From an uncultured Bacilli bacterium (GTDB lineage Bacteria > Bacillota_I > Bacilli_A > RF39 > UBA660): a DNA stretch of 64,000 nucleotides. Each line of letters opens with the position of its first letter. Position 1 is the first letter of the stretch. The stretch lies in the NCBI GenBank assembly GCA_934085595.1, contig CAKOHK010000006.1:12883-76882 (forward strand). The letters run 5' to 3'. The notes below the pieces were generated by a model that had not been told where the DNA came from, did no database searches, and saw only the letters and a program-made list of their open reading frames with translations. Both the position numbers and the translations under genes were made by a program. Of the stretch, positions 41,751 through 52,415 are shown one piece after another.

Positions 41751-44700
41751 GAAAATTAAAATACCTATTCTTTAGTACATTAGTATTACTAACAAGTATA
41801 AGTACTACATTAGCCATTACTTCATCAGGACAAGTTCCAAATAGTGAAAAAGAAACAATATATCCAAGAGGATACACTACATCATGTAGACCAACTAGTT
41901 CATCAAAAGATGCGATTTATAGCTCAGTTGGAGGAGTACTTAGTGGATATATAGAAAATTCAAATATATATTATGATTCTAAAGTTTCCGATGAACTATA
42001 TACAGACGAAGTATATGCGGAAAGAGCATGTAATGAATATACAGGTTCAAGTGATAATAAAATCCACAATTATGTCTGTGATGGCACTAAACAAACTACT
42101 GGATATGCTTGCTACAAAGAAGGTAAAGTAACATTTGAAATAGATGGAAGAACCTATGAAAATATTGATGTTGATGGTGGAAGAATGTATCCCACAGAAT
42201 CTGATTGTAGTTCAAACTGTTCAGGTACATGTAAACTTCAACAAGGATATAAATATATTTATGGAAAGCAAACACAAACTGGTGAACTAAAAAATGGGAA
42301 AATAATTAATGTTGAAGGTATGCAATATCTTACTAAAAGTGGTGGAAATGCGTTTTGTATTCAGCCTATTTATTCAATGGGGTGCAATCCTGATGGTAGT
42401 CCAAATTATTGCTTAGATAGTCAATTTGATTTAAATACATGTAATAATGCTAAAGAATATAACAATGACTATAGATGTGGACTTGCACATATAGCACTTC
42501 ATGCAACAGAAGTCTTTTCTAAGAACGATAATAAGTTAGATGATAGAGAATATGCAATAGCGGATATAGCGATGAGAATGTATGCGGCATATAAAGGAAA
42601 ATTAAGAGGAACTGTTACATCAGGAGTACCAACAAAGCCAAAAGAGTATCTATATCAATATATATTCGCATTGACTGCTAAAAGAACAATAGCGGATTCC
42701 AATTATCAGAAAGATGGAATGATATGCAACTATGATGCGAATAATATAGGAGTATTATGTACGAATAATAATAACACTTTATACAAAGAAGCACTTAAAT
42801 TATTTATTAATGCTTATAATGCTAATAAACTAGATGCTAGCGGAAATAAAGTACCGGATTTAATAACAAAAAAGATAGATAATTCAACAGAAGAAATTGA
42901 AATAACAAAACCGTGTGAACCTGGTGAAAATGGATGTAAAATAAAAGTGACTCTTGTAACTGCCGATGGAAAAGTAGTAGACGAAGATGACAATGTAACA
43001 TGTTCAAAAAATATATGTACAGCAAAAATATCAGGAGAAAAAACCTGTGTAATCAAAGGTGGACAATCTTATCAAATAAGAGTACAAATAAGTAATTTTA
43101 CTGCAGAAGGTTCGATGAAAATATATCACGATTGTAAACATCCAAATAGTAATCAAATAATGTTCGTATTTGATGCGAAAGGAACCGAAACAGTTGATAC
43201 ATTTGAAAAGAAATACGAAATAAATGCAGTCTGTGAAGATACAACTTGTGATAATAAATCATTACAGACAAAAGTAACAAAAACAAATGCAAGTGGAACA
43301 AGTAACAATATCACATCATGTGATGGATATAGTGAAAATGCATATGGAAAAACGACAAAAGAAATTAATAGCAAATATTATGGAAAAGGAAATTATGATG
43401 GTTATGACAAAATAACTATCGCAGAACCTTCCCTTAAAGATATTTTAAATAATTGTGATAAAAGTTATTTTAGACAAACAAAATATGATCAGGGTGGTGG
43501 AGGATATTGTGAAGTTTACTGCCGTAAAGAAACTGTAATTTATATGGCAGATAAAACAAAAGTGTTCTCTGGAATGCAATTTCAGTATAAATTAGAAGAA
43601 AAAATACCAAATAGTAAAACGACAGATAATCATATAACTTCAATTGTTCAAGTAAAGCAAGAATGTGCATCAGTAATTCATTTTGATGAATGGTATGCAA
43701 AATTAGAAGAATTATTAAAAAATGTTGCAAATGCATGGAACGATTGGAAACATTATGAAGCAATGTATCTTCAAGAAATAGATAAATCTACGGATTATCC
43801 AGAGATCACATGGTATGACCCTCCTTGTACAGCTAACTGTGATGCTTTAAGTGGAAGCAAAACAATGAAAGATGCATGTAATGCTACAAAAGATTTAGAG
43901 GGAGAGTTCTCAACAGGTGGTCAAAAAATTAAAATAGAAGAAGCATGTAAAAATAGAGTAACATATGACCAGTCGACCGGAAGTGTTTGTAATCCAGGAT
44001 GTACATACATTATTAGTTGGTTGCAAAAAAATACCGAACATAACACATACACATATAATAATGGTGGTTCATTATCTAAAAAAGTAGATAAAAGTTCCGA
44101 AATAGATGGTAATTATGGAGGCTCAAGATTGAGCTGTACATATAATAGCGGAACATATAATTATACTTATAGTAGAGACAAAGACGGATCAATTTCATCT
44201 GGTTCAGGTGTGTTAGAAACAGGATTAACTCGTCCATCTAATAGAATTGAGTCATTAAACTATAAAAGTTTCTTAGGAAACGATCCGGATTATTACTATG
44301 GATACTCTAAAGAGCAATGTGAGAATGATGCAGCAAATAGTCTTGGACAAGCTCAATCACTAGCTGCATCAAGAGCATCTGCAGGAGACTATAATTATTG
44401 TGCAGATGTTAAGATATGCAAAAGAATGGTAAATAAAAAATTAGTGCAATATGAATGTGGATGTAACAGGTATACATGGCAAATTACTTCAATATCATCA
44501 ACAACATATAATAGAGGAACGTGCTCATATACTAGTGGTGGAACTTGCTCTCAAGGTAAAAATGCTGATCCTGACAAAGTAAAAAACGCAACACTTGCTA
44601 AAAGAAGTGCATATTTAGCAGCACAAGCAGCAGTACAACAACATTTAAAATATATTCAAAATTGTAACTTATATGGTGCAAATGATTGGGTACATGTTGA

Positions 44701-46150
44701 TTCAGCAATAAAAGATTATGTTTTAACTCTCGGAAGTACAGGATACCCTAGAGAATCTTCTGGAACTGGTGGATCTGGTGGATCTGGTGGCGGAGGTACT
44801 GGAAGTGGAGGAGATGGCACAGGCGGAGGTGGAAACACCGGAGGCGGTGGTGGAGATACAATATATATAACTAAACCTGGTCAGGAACAAACGGCAGCTA
44901 TGCCTGGATATGAAAATTTAAAAGCCACAAACGCTTTATCAACTACTAGCAAATATGCAACAATAAAATTAGCAACTGATAGTTCGTTGAGTACAATAAT
45001 AAAGAAAAATATATTATCAGATGCGAGTTGTCTAAGAACTGGAACATGTCCAGAATTAGATGTGGAATATGATGATATAGCTTACGGAAACACACAAAGA
45101 TATGATAGAACTGCTCATGTAGTAGATTCAGAAGATTTACCTAATAAATATTGTAAAGACGAAAAAGGACAAGACTGTGAATACAGTTACTCAGATATAG
45201 AAAAATGGGTTCCACTAATAGTTTGCGATAACAGCTCTGAAAAAGAAATAAACAAATATTGCTATATACCAAGTGATACAAAAGTACCAACAGCAAGAAG
45301 AGCCTATTTTACAACAACAACAGAACTTATGTATTATAGACCAAATGAATATTATACAGAAAATCATACTGGAAAAGTAATTGAAGTTAAAAGTAATACA
45401 AGGGTTGATTCAAATAAATATGCAATGCTTGGTAAAAACGTATATCCTATATCTAACGTAGATACTGGAATATACGGAATTAGATATCATTTTATAGGAA
45501 TTGGTAGTGGAAAGTTCTATAACATTTCTAAAAACAATAACACAGGATTAAAACTTAACAATTTTGATTATACATGTGCATATGAAGCGTATAATAACTC
45601 AAATAAATATGACTGTGATGGAAGCAGTTGCAATGGAAATGATAATACATGTGTAAGAGTAACTGAAACGGCTCCAAATCTATCAACAACAAAATGGGAT
45701 AAATTAACAGATAAAAAGAGTTATGGATTTATGTTCAAAAATACTGAACTATCAGATATTTTCAAAAATGAAAATAGAAAAATAGGAAATAACTGGAATA
45801 ATGAAAAAGCTCAAATAGCAAAACAAGAAATAGAAGAGTCGGCAACTGATATTTATACAAATAGTGAAAGATTAATGTTAAGTGTAACATTGTCAACAGA
45901 TGCAATTAAGAAAATTAGAGAATATAACGAATCAAGAGAAACAAATGCAGGAGGATATACAGATGATTCACTAATTAGTTGTGAACTTGCAAACGCTATA
46001 GATGGAGATGGAAAAGTGTTCAAAAACTGTAGAAGTGCATTTATAGATGAAATAAGTACAGGAAGTGGGGTACTTGGAATAAAATCAAATAGTGAAATTA
46101 TAAGGGGAGGAAAAGAAATAGGAAGTAGTAGCAAAGGAGGCAATAATTAG
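41747..46150 (+). CDS. Giant (1467 aa) cysteine-rich secreted protein, cassette copy 1
   Basis: Signal peptide MRKLKYLFFSTLVLLTSISTTLA. Dozens of Cys in paired patterns (CDGSSCNGNDNTC, CEPGENGCKIK, CSKNICTAKI). Gly-rich linker SGTGGSGGSGGGGTGSGGDGTGGGGNTGGGGGD. No C-terminal sorting signal. Confidence 0.6.
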   Translation: MRKLKYLFFSTLVLLTSISTTLAITSSGQVPNSEKETIYPRGYTTSCRPTSSSKDAIYSSVGGVLSGYIENSNIYYDSKVSDELYTDEVYAERACNEYTGSSDNKIHNYVCDGTKQTTGYACYKEGKVTFEIDGRTYENIDVDGGRMYPTESDCSSNCSGTCKLQQGYKYIYGKQTQTGELKNGKIINVEGMQYLTKSGGNAFCIQPIYSMGCNPDGSPNYCLDSQFDLNTCNNAKEYNNDYRCGLAHIALHATEVFSKNDNKLDDREYAIADIAMRMYAAYKGKLRGTVTSGVPTKPKEYLYQYIFALTAKRTIADSNYQKDGMICNYDANNIGVLCTNNNNTLYKEALKLFINAYNANKLDASGNKVPDLITKKIDNSTEEIEITKPCEPGENGCKIKVTLVTADGKVVDEDDNVTCSKNICTAKISGEKTCVIKGGQSYQIRVQISNFTAEGSMKIYHDCKHPNSNQIMFVFDAKGTETVDTFEKKYEINAVCEDTTCDNKSLQTKVTKTNASGTSNNITSCDGYSENAYGKTTKEINSKYYGKGNYDGYDKITIAEPSLKDILNNCDKSYFRQTKYDQGGGGYCEVYCRKETVIYMADKTKVFSGMQFQYKLEEKIPNSKTTDNHITSIVQVKQECASVIHFDEWYAKLEELLKNVANAWNDWKHYEAMYLQEIDKSTDYPEITWYDPPCTANCDALSGSKTMKDACNATKDLEGEFSTGGQKIKIEEACKNRVTYDQSTGSVCNPGCTYIISWLQKNTEHNTYTYNNGGSLSKKVDKSSEIDGNYGGSRLSCTYNSGTYNYTYSRDKDGSISSGSGVLETGLTRPSNRIESLNYKSFLGNDPDYYYGYSKEQCENDAANSLGQAQSLAASRASAGDYNYCADVKICKRMVNKKLVQYECGCNRYTWQITSISSTTYNRGTCSYTSGGTCSQGKNADPDKVKNATLAKRSAYLAAQAAVQQHLKYIQNCNLYGANDWVHVDSAIKDYVLTLGSTGYPRESSGTGGSGGSGGGGTGSGGDGTGGGGNTGGGGGDTIYITKPGQEQTAAMPGYENLKATNALSTTSKYATIKLATDSSLSTIIKKNILSDASCLRTGTCPELDVEYDDIAYGNTQRYDRTAHVVDSEDLPNKYCKDEKGQDCEYSYSDIEKWVPLIVCDNSSEKEINKYCYIPSDTKVPTARRAYFTTTTELMYYRPNEYYTENHTGKVIEVKSNTRVDSNKYAMLGKNVYPISNVDTGIYGIRYHFIGIGSGKFYNISKNNNTGLKLNNFDYTCAYEAYNNSNKYDCDGSSCNGNDNTCVRVTETAPNLSTTKWDKLTDKKSYGFMFKNTELSDIFKNENRKIGNNWNNEKAQIAKQEIEESATDIYTNSERLMLSVTLSTDAIKKIREYNESRETNAGGYTDDSLISCELANAIDGDGKVFKNCRSAFIDEISTGSGVLGIKSNSEIIRGGKEIGSSSKGGNN

Positions 46151-46630
46151 ATGAAAGAATCAATATGGGGCTATATGATATTAGCACTAGGAATAGTAAT
46201 AATAGTAGTATTACTATTGGTACAAAGAGTAACAACAACAGGAGAAGAAGATTACTACCTAGTAAGAGAAATATTAGAGTCCTCAATGATAGACGCAATA
46301 GATTATGGTTCTTATAGATTATCAGGAAGAATAGTAATGTCAGCAGAAAAGTTTGAAGAAGTATTTATAAGAAGATTCGCAGAAAGTGTAACGAATAATA
46401 GAGAATATAAATTAGAGTTCTATGAAATCTATGAAGACCCTCCAAAAGCAACAGTAAGAGTAAGGACAGCAAGTGGAGATTATAGTGTAAACTCTGATAC
46501 ATTAAATGTAAGTATAGATACACTATTAAGTGGAATATTAGAAACAAAAGATACAAGAACATGCGATGATGTACCAGAAGATACAGATACTGCTCCAACA
46601 ATACCAGTACTTCCAGTATTTGGAAATTAA
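46151..46630 (+). CDS. Small membrane-anchored protein (159 aa), cassette copy 1
   Basis: Start ATG overlaps/abuts the giant gene's stop (TAGATG). N-terminal TM ILALGIVIIVVLLLV. Confidence 0.5.
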   Translation: MKESIWGYMILALGIVIIVVLLLVQRVTTTGEEDYYLVREILESSMIDAIDYGSYRLSGRIVMSAEKFEEVFIRRFAESVTNNREYKLEFYEIYEDPPKATVRVRTASGDYSVNSDTLNVSIDTLLSGILETKDTRTCDDVPEDTDTAPTIPVLPVFGN

Positions 46631-46635
46631 ACTTA

Positions 46636-46676
46636 AAAGAACTATTAAGGAATAAGATATTTATAGTTCTTTTTTT
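46636..46676 (+). terminator. Rho-independent terminator (AGAACTAT...ATAGTTCT + T7)
   Basis: Inverted repeat read directly. Confidence 0.55.
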
Positions 46677-46822
46677 ATAGTAAAACTTAATAACTGTTTA
46701 TAAAGTTAAAGCCTTAAAACATTAAAATAAGTATGAAAATGTACAAATTTTATTTTCAAATAAAACATGGACTATAATTTATAAAAATGATATACTTATT
46801 TTATAAAAGTAAAGGAGTGTAT

Positions 46823-47485
46823 ATGAAGAAAATAAATAAAATAATGCTCATAATATTAGGAATGTTAATAACTGTTAATGTAAAGGCAGTATGTCAAGAT
46901 AATAAAATAAATGATTGGGCAGAAAGTTTAGAAATAAAGTTTCAAGAAGTAAAAAATGAAGAATATCCATATTCATATTTATTAATGTTAAATAATCCAA
47001 GAGAAGATTTAAAAGTAATCGCAAAAGATACATATAGTAATGGAGAATATAATGTAGAATATGATACAGACTTTAAAAACTATGTTATTGGAAGCGAAAT
47101 ACATTTTATAAAAAAAGAATATGAATTAAATATATATATGTCAGATAATGCATCTACTTGTGCAAAAGAATTAGTAAAAACTATTAAATATGCAGTACCA
47201 AAATATAATGAATATAATGATACATTATATTGTGAAGCTAATCCAGATGATAAAGAATGTGGAGCATACACAGATACAACAAAGAATGATAAAATGGATG
47301 ATAAAGTAAAAGACTATTATGATAAACAAATAGAAAAAGAAGAAATAAGAAATCTACCTACAGGACAAAAAGTATTAAGATATATATTAGAATATGCTCC
47401 ATATGTACTAGTACCACTAGTTATCCTAGTAACAGTATATCTAATAGTAATAAAAGTTATAAAGAAAAGAAGTGATGAAGAATGA
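46823..47485 (+). CDS. Small secreted LPxTG-like protein, cassette copy 2 (identical to 41088-41750)
   Basis: Identical amino-acid sequence to copy 1 from MKKINKIM on. Confidence 0.55.
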   Translation: MKKINKIMLIILGMLITVNVKAVCQDNKINDWAESLEIKFQEVKNEEYPYSYLLMLNNPREDLKVIAKDTYSNGEYNVEYDTDFKNYVIGSEIHFIKKEYELNIYMSDNASTCAKELVKTIKYAVPKYNEYNDTLYCEANPDDKECGAYTDTTKNDKMDDKVKDYYDKQIEKEEIRNLPTGQKVLRYILEYAPYVLVPLVILVTVYLIVIKVIKKRSDEE

Positions 47486-50400
47486 GAAAATTAAAATACC
47501 TATTCTTTAGTACATTAGTATTACTAACAAGTATAAGTACTACATTAGCCATTACTTCATCAGGACAAATACCATCAAATCAAAAAGAGTTTATATGGTA
47601 TAAAGGAAAAAGCTGTGCTCCAGGTTCAGAAGTAAAATATGGTCCAGTATCAGGTTATTATAGTGCTTTTTCTTCAGATAGTAAGAAATCTTATACATAT
47701 TACACATCACCAACTATATATACTGATGAAGCATATGCTACAAAAGGATGTGAATACTTTACATCACAAAGTAAAAATAAAGATAAAAATTATTTATGTA
47801 CAGGGACTAAACAAACATCAGGATATGCTTGTTACAAAGAAGGAAAAGTAACATTTGAAATAGATGGAAGAACATACGAAAATATTAATGTTGATGGTGG
47901 AAGAATGTACACTAGTGAATCAGAATGTGCTGATAACTGTAGCGGAACATGTAAAGTTCAAAAAGCATATGGATTTGAATATGCAACAGAAATAGACACA
48001 GGAACAACTACTAACGGTGAAATAGCGCCTCTTTATGGAGATGTATACTCAACAGCAAATGGTAACCCTGCATTTTGTATACAACCAGCAGCAAGAATGA
48101 GTTGTTATGGAGATAATAGTGCCCAATATTGTTTAAACAGTACTTTCGATTTAACAACATGTAATACAGCAAATGGATATAAATCTGATTATAGATGTGG
48201 TCTTGCAAATATAGCACTTCATGCAACAAAATTAAAAAATAATGACAATGCATTAAACGATGAAGAATATGCTATCGCAGATATTGCAATGAGAATGTAT
48301 GCAGCATATAAAGGAAAATTAAGAGGAACTGAATACGCATCAGTGCCAACAGAATCAGCATTCAATGAAAGCGGATTAAAAAAGAATGTGTTTATGGGTA
48401 AATATCTATTTGGATTAACAGCCAAAAGAGTAGACCAAGATGGTAATTATTTAAATAATGGACTTAAATGTAATACAGATACAAGAAACATAGGAATTAT
48501 GTGTAACTGTGATCCAAAAACAGGAAGCTGTCAATATAATCAAACTACATACTTAGAAGCATTAAAATTATTTAAAATGGCACTTGATACAAATACACTA
48601 GATAGTGAAGGAAACAAAGTACCAGACTTAATTACAAAAAATATAGATAACACAACAAGTGAAATAGAAATAACTAAACCATGTGAGCCAGGAGAAGACG
48701 GATGTAAAATAAAAATAAGTCTTGTAACTGCTGATGGAAAAGTAGTAGACGAAGATGACAATGTAACATGTTCAAAAAATATATGTACAGCAAAAATAAC
48801 TGGTGAAAAAACATGTATTGAAAAAAGTCAAAAGTATAGCGTAAAAGTTGAAATATCTAATATAAAGTTTGATGGAGAAATTAAAGAATACCATCACTGT
48901 ACTTATCCAAACGATAGACAAATAATGATGGTTCTAGATATAGCGGCACAGGAAGTAACAGATAACTTTACTAAAACTTATGAAGTTAAAACAACATGTG
49001 ATTCATGTGTTAATAATTCTTCTGATATGAAAACAACAATAACATCAGAAAATGCTAATGGAACTAAAAATAAATCATTAACAGCATGTGACGGAAATAA
49101 AAATTATGGTGAAGGTGACTACGATGGATATGACAAAATAACAATCGCTGAACCATCAATGGATTCTATACTTAAAAGTTGTGATAAAGAATCATTTAGA
49201 GAGAGTGAGTTTGAAATAAATACTGGAGGATATTGTCAAATATATTGTAGAAAAGAAACTGTAATATATTTAGCAGATAAAACAAAAGTATTCTCAGGAA
49301 TGCAATTCCAATATAAATTAGAAGAGAAAGTACCTAATAGTAAAAAAACAGATAATCATATATCATCAATAGTACAAGTTAAAAAAGAATGTACATCTGT
49401 TATAAATTATCAAAAGTTTGAATCAGAATTAGAAGCAAAATTAAAACAAGTAGCAAATGCTTGGACTGAATATAAAAAATGGGAAGCTCTTAGATATGCT
49501 GAGTCATATGCAGATGATTCAAGTTATCCAAAAGTAGCATCTTATAAACCACAATGTAGCGCAAACTGTGATATAGGTGACAATCAAACTGTAAATAAAG
49601 CATGTCAAGAAGTAAGTGGAGAAGGTGCATTTATATTAGAATGGACAAGTGGAAAAATTGCTGGTACTAAAGGCTATGGCGCTAATGCATGGTGTGGTTC
49701 AGTACCTCAAACAGATATAGATTCAGGCGGTGTGTGTAATCCAGGATGTCACTTTAAATTAAGATGGTATAAAAACGGAAATACAAAATATCAACAATTT
49801 ACATATAGTGGAAACGGAAACGGAAGTAATTCAGGAAAAGAAGCATCAGCACAAGATGGAGAACTATATGGAATATCTAATAGAACATGTATAGCAAGAG
49901 ACGGAGGATATAACTATAAAACCATTGATAATGGTGGTGGAAAGTGTTCATGTGCATCATCCGGAACAGTAAATGGATTTACAGAAGTTATGTCATTGGA
50001 TAATCCATACACTAAAGCAAAATGTAATGCAGATTATAAAGACAAAAAAGGTTTTTCTGCACCAAGTAATAGTTGTTCATATCAATCAGGAACAGAAAAG
50101 TATGAATGTGGAACCATTAGAAGACCTAAGTCATGTATTAGAGCTGTGTATACAACTAAAACATGTGAAGGTTCATTTACAGGTTATGCATCAAGTTCAT
50201 GTAATTTTACATCAACAGGATCTTGTACACCGGGTAAAGATGGTGATCCACAATATGTAGCTAAACATTTAGTTGAAGCAGCGGAAAAATATTATTCACT
50301 ACAAAATGAAGTATTACAAATGCTTAAAAACTTAGAAAACTGTAATTTCTATGGTAATGATTGGATTGCAGGAGAACCAAGCTTTAAATCATATGAATTA

Positions 50401-51786
50401 AGTCTTACAAAAGGTGGAACTCGTGGTCTAGTATCAACTGCACAAGCAATATTAAACGCAGGAAAAGTAGTTGAAGGAAATTATGGTGAAGGTGGAGGCG
50501 GTGGCGGAGAAGTCATTAGTATTCCAGAATTCGATGCATTAAAAATGTCATACGACTTCACAAGCGATGTTAAAACATCAACTGCTCTAGAAGAATATAA
50601 TAATAACTATGCAAAAATAAAACTAGCAACAAGTACAAACGATGTAATAAAGAAAAATATTCTAGCATCAGCTACATGTTTAACAAATAATACATGTCCA
50701 GAACTAGATGTAGAATATAATGATGTAGCATATGGAAATACACAAAGATATGATAGAACTGTAAATGTAGTAGCAGATGACGATATATTTAATCATTATT
50801 GTATAGGTGACAATTGTGGTTTATCAGTAGATCAAGTTAAAAGTAATACATACTTTATAGAATGTGACGATACAGGATTAAAACCAGAAAAGAAAACATG
50901 TAAAGTAATAACAGTTCCAGTATCACATGCAACAAAAGCATACTTTACTTCAACAACAGAACTTATGTATTATAGACCAAATGAATATTATACAGAAAAC
51001 CATACTGGAAAAGTAATTGAAGTTAAAAGTAATACAAGAGTTGATAGTGGAAAATATGTATCATTAGGTAAAAATGTATATCCAATATCAAATGTAAATA
51101 CAGGAATATATCCTATAAGTTATCATTTTACTAATATAGGTAGTGGTAAATATTATAATGTTTCTAAATATAATCAAACAGGTTTAAAACTAACTAATTT
51201 TGATTATGATTGTGCATATGAAGCATACAATAATTCAAATAAATATGACTGTGATGGAAGCAGTTGTAATGGAAATGATAATACATGTGTAAGAGTAGTA
51301 GAAACAGCTCCAAATCTATCAACAACAAAATGGGATAAATTAACAGATAAAAAAAGCTACGGATTTATGTTCAAAAATACTGAACTATCAGATATTTTCA
51401 AAAATGAAAATAGAAAAATAGGAAATAACTGGAATAATGAAAAAGCTCAAATAGCAAAACAAGAAATAGAAGAGTCGGCAACTGATATTTATACAAATAG
51501 TGAAAGATTAATGTTAAGTGTAACATTGTCAACAGATGCAATTAAGAAAATTAGAGAATATAACGAATCAAGAGAAACAAATGCAGGAGGATATACAGAT
51601 GATTCACTAATTAGTTGTGAACTTGCAAACGCTATAGATGGAGATGGAAAAGTGTTCAAAAACTGTAGAAGTGCATTTATAGATGAAATAAGTACAGGAA
51701 GTGGGGTACTTGGAATAAAATCAAATAGTGAAATTATAAGGGGAGGAAAAGAAATAGGAAGTAGTAGCAAAGGAGGCAATAATTAG
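47482..51786 (+). CDS. Giant (1434 aa) cysteine-rich secreted protein, cassette copy 2 (mosaic paralog)
   Basis: The first ~29 aa and the last ~165 aa are identical to copy 1, and the preceding ~120 aa are near-identical. The centre alternates identical blocks (YACYKEGKVTFEIDGRTYENI; EYAIADIAMRMYAAYKGKLRG; EIEITKPCEPGE.GCKIK..LVTADGKVVDEDDNVTCSKNICTAKI; KTKVFSGMQFQYKLEEK) with strongly divergent stretches. The Gly-rich linker is shortened to GEGGGGGGE. Confidence 0.6.
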   Translation: MRKLKYLFFSTLVLLTSISTTLAITSSGQIPSNQKEFIWYKGKSCAPGSEVKYGPVSGYYSAFSSDSKKSYTYYTSPTIYTDEAYATKGCEYFTSQSKNKDKNYLCTGTKQTSGYACYKEGKVTFEIDGRTYENINVDGGRMYTSESECADNCSGTCKVQKAYGFEYATEIDTGTTTNGEIAPLYGDVYSTANGNPAFCIQPAARMSCYGDNSAQYCLNSTFDLTTCNTANGYKSDYRCGLANIALHATKLKNNDNALNDEEYAIADIAMRMYAAYKGKLRGTEYASVPTESAFNESGLKKNVFMGKYLFGLTAKRVDQDGNYLNNGLKCNTDTRNIGIMCNCDPKTGSCQYNQTTYLEALKLFKMALDTNTLDSEGNKVPDLITKNIDNTTSEIEITKPCEPGEDGCKIKISLVTADGKVVDEDDNVTCSKNICTAKITGEKTCIEKSQKYSVKVEISNIKFDGEIKEYHHCTYPNDRQIMMVLDIAAQEVTDNFTKTYEVKTTCDSCVNNSSDMKTTITSENANGTKNKSLTACDGNKNYGEGDYDGYDKITIAEPSMDSILKSCDKESFRESEFEINTGGYCQIYCRKETVIYLADKTKVFSGMQFQYKLEEKVPNSKKTDNHISSIVQVKKECTSVINYQKFESELEAKLKQVANAWTEYKKWEALRYAESYADDSSYPKVASYKPQCSANCDIGDNQTVNKACQEVSGEGAFILEWTSGKIAGTKGYGANAWCGSVPQTDIDSGGVCNPGCHFKLRWYKNGNTKYQQFTYSGNGNGSNSGKEASAQDGELYGISNRTCIARDGGYNYKTIDNGGGKCSCASSGTVNGFTEVMSLDNPYTKAKCNADYKDKKGFSAPSNSCSYQSGTEKYECGTIRRPKSCIRAVYTTKTCEGSFTGYASSSCNFTSTGSCTPGKDGDPQYVAKHLVEAAEKYYSLQNEVLQMLKNLENCNFYGNDWIAGEPSFKSYELSLTKGGTRGLVSTAQAILNAGKVVEGNYGEGGGGGGEVISIPEFDALKMSYDFTSDVKTSTALEEYNNNYAKIKLATSTNDVIKKNILASATCLTNNTCPELDVEYNDVAYGNTQRYDRTVNVVADDDIFNHYCIGDNCGLSVDQVKSNTYFIECDDTGLKPEKKTCKVITVPVSHATKAYFTSTTELMYYRPNEYYTENHTGKVIEVKSNTRVDSGKYVSLGKNVYPISNVNTGIYPISYHFTNIGSGKYYNVSKYNQTGLKLTNFDYDCAYEAYNNSNKYDCDGSSCNGNDNTCVRVVETAPNLSTTKWDKLTDKKSYGFMFKNTELSDIFKNENRKIGNNWNNEKAQIAKQEIEESATDIYTNSERLMLSVTLSTDAIKKIREYNESRETNAGGYTDDSLISCELANAIDGDGKVFKNCRSAFIDEISTGSGVLGIKSNSEIIRGGKEIGSSSKGGNN

Positions 51787-52266
51787 ATGAAAGAATCAAT
51801 ATGGGGCTATATGATATTAGCACTAGGAATAGTAATAATAGTAGTATTACTATTGGTACAAAGAGTAACAACAACAGGAGAAGAAGATTACTACCTAGTA
51901 AGAGAAATATTAGAGTCCTCAATGATAGACGCAATAGATTATGGTTCTTATAGATTATCAGGAAGAATAGTAATGTCAGCAGAAAAGTTTGAAGAAGTAT
52001 TTATAAGAAGATTCGCAGAAAGTGTAACGAATAATAGAGAATATAAATTAGAGTTCTATGACATCTATGAAGACCCTCCAAAAGCAACGGTAAGAGTAAG
52101 AACAGCAAGCGGAAATTATAGTGTAAACTCTGATACATTAAATGTAAGTATAGATACATTACTAAGTGGAATATTAGAAACAAAAGATACAAGAACGTGT
52201 GAAGATGTACCAGAAGATACAGATACTGCCCCAACAATACCAGTACTTCCAGTATTTGGAAATTAA
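51787..52266 (+). CDS. Small membrane-anchored protein (159 aa), cassette copy 2
   Basis: 3 aa substitutions relative to copy 1. A terminator (aagatact...agtatctt + T-run) follows near 52271-52298. Confidence 0.5.
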   Translation: MKESIWGYMILALGIVIIVVLLLVQRVTTTGEEDYYLVREILESSMIDAIDYGSYRLSGRIVMSAEKFEEVFIRRFAESVTNNREYKLEFYDIYEDPPKATVRVRTASGNYSVNSDTLNVSIDTLLSGILETKDTRTCEDVPEDTDTAPTIPVLPVFGN

Positions 52267-52358
52267 AACGAAAGATACTAAAAAAGTATCTTTTTGTATA
52301 CACAAAAATGTTAGAAAATTAACTTATAAAATCAGACTAATAATTTTAATTTTGCTTC

Positions 52359-52388
52359 TTGACATTGAAGGAAGAATATAATTATAAT
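52359..52388 (+). promoter_or_regulatory. Sigma-A-type promoter TTGACA-18-TATAAT upstream of TasA-like paralog A
   Basis: TTGACA 52359-52364; tandem TATAAT hexamers at 52377-52388. The block TTTGCTTCTTGACA...TATAATT(G/A)TTAATAGAGAATA is repeated upstream of paralog C at 55765-55815. Confidence 0.5.
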
Positions 52389-52415
52389 TGTTAATAGAGA
52401 ATAAAGGAATGTAGA

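Larger units (their letters stand above)
40985..46633 (+). repeat. Tandem direct repeat, copy 1 of ~5.6-kb three-gene cassette
   Basis: Copies are identical or near-identical at the 5' ~0.9 kb and 3' ~1.3-1.8 kb and mosaically diverged in the central ~3 kb. An 18-nt match TAAAACATGGACTATAAT marks the 5' junction inside the 3' end of gene 40364-41002. Confidence 0.8.
46763..52269 (+). repeat. Tandem direct repeat, copy 2 of the three-gene cassette
   Basis: See copy 1. The 222-aa proteins are identical. The 159-aa proteins differ at 3 positions. The giant proteins are 1467 vs 1434 aa. Confidence 0.8.

Noticed and set aside
41747-51786. Giant Cys-rich proteins as phage tail-fibre / receptor-binding proteins (prophage remnant)
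   Set aside because: Both carry classical Sec signal peptides and are flanked by a sortase and membrane-protein genes. No integrase, terminase, portal, capsid or tail genes occur anywhere in the window. Conservation is at both ends with a variable middle, unlike the conserved-N/variable-C pattern of tail fibres.
52199-52381. 60-aa ORF (MKMYQKIQILPQQ...) between cassette copy 2 and the TasA-like array
   Set aside because: It overlaps the 3' end of the 159-aa gene, its terminator and the downstream promoter, and has no RBS. It is most likely non-coding intergenic sequence.
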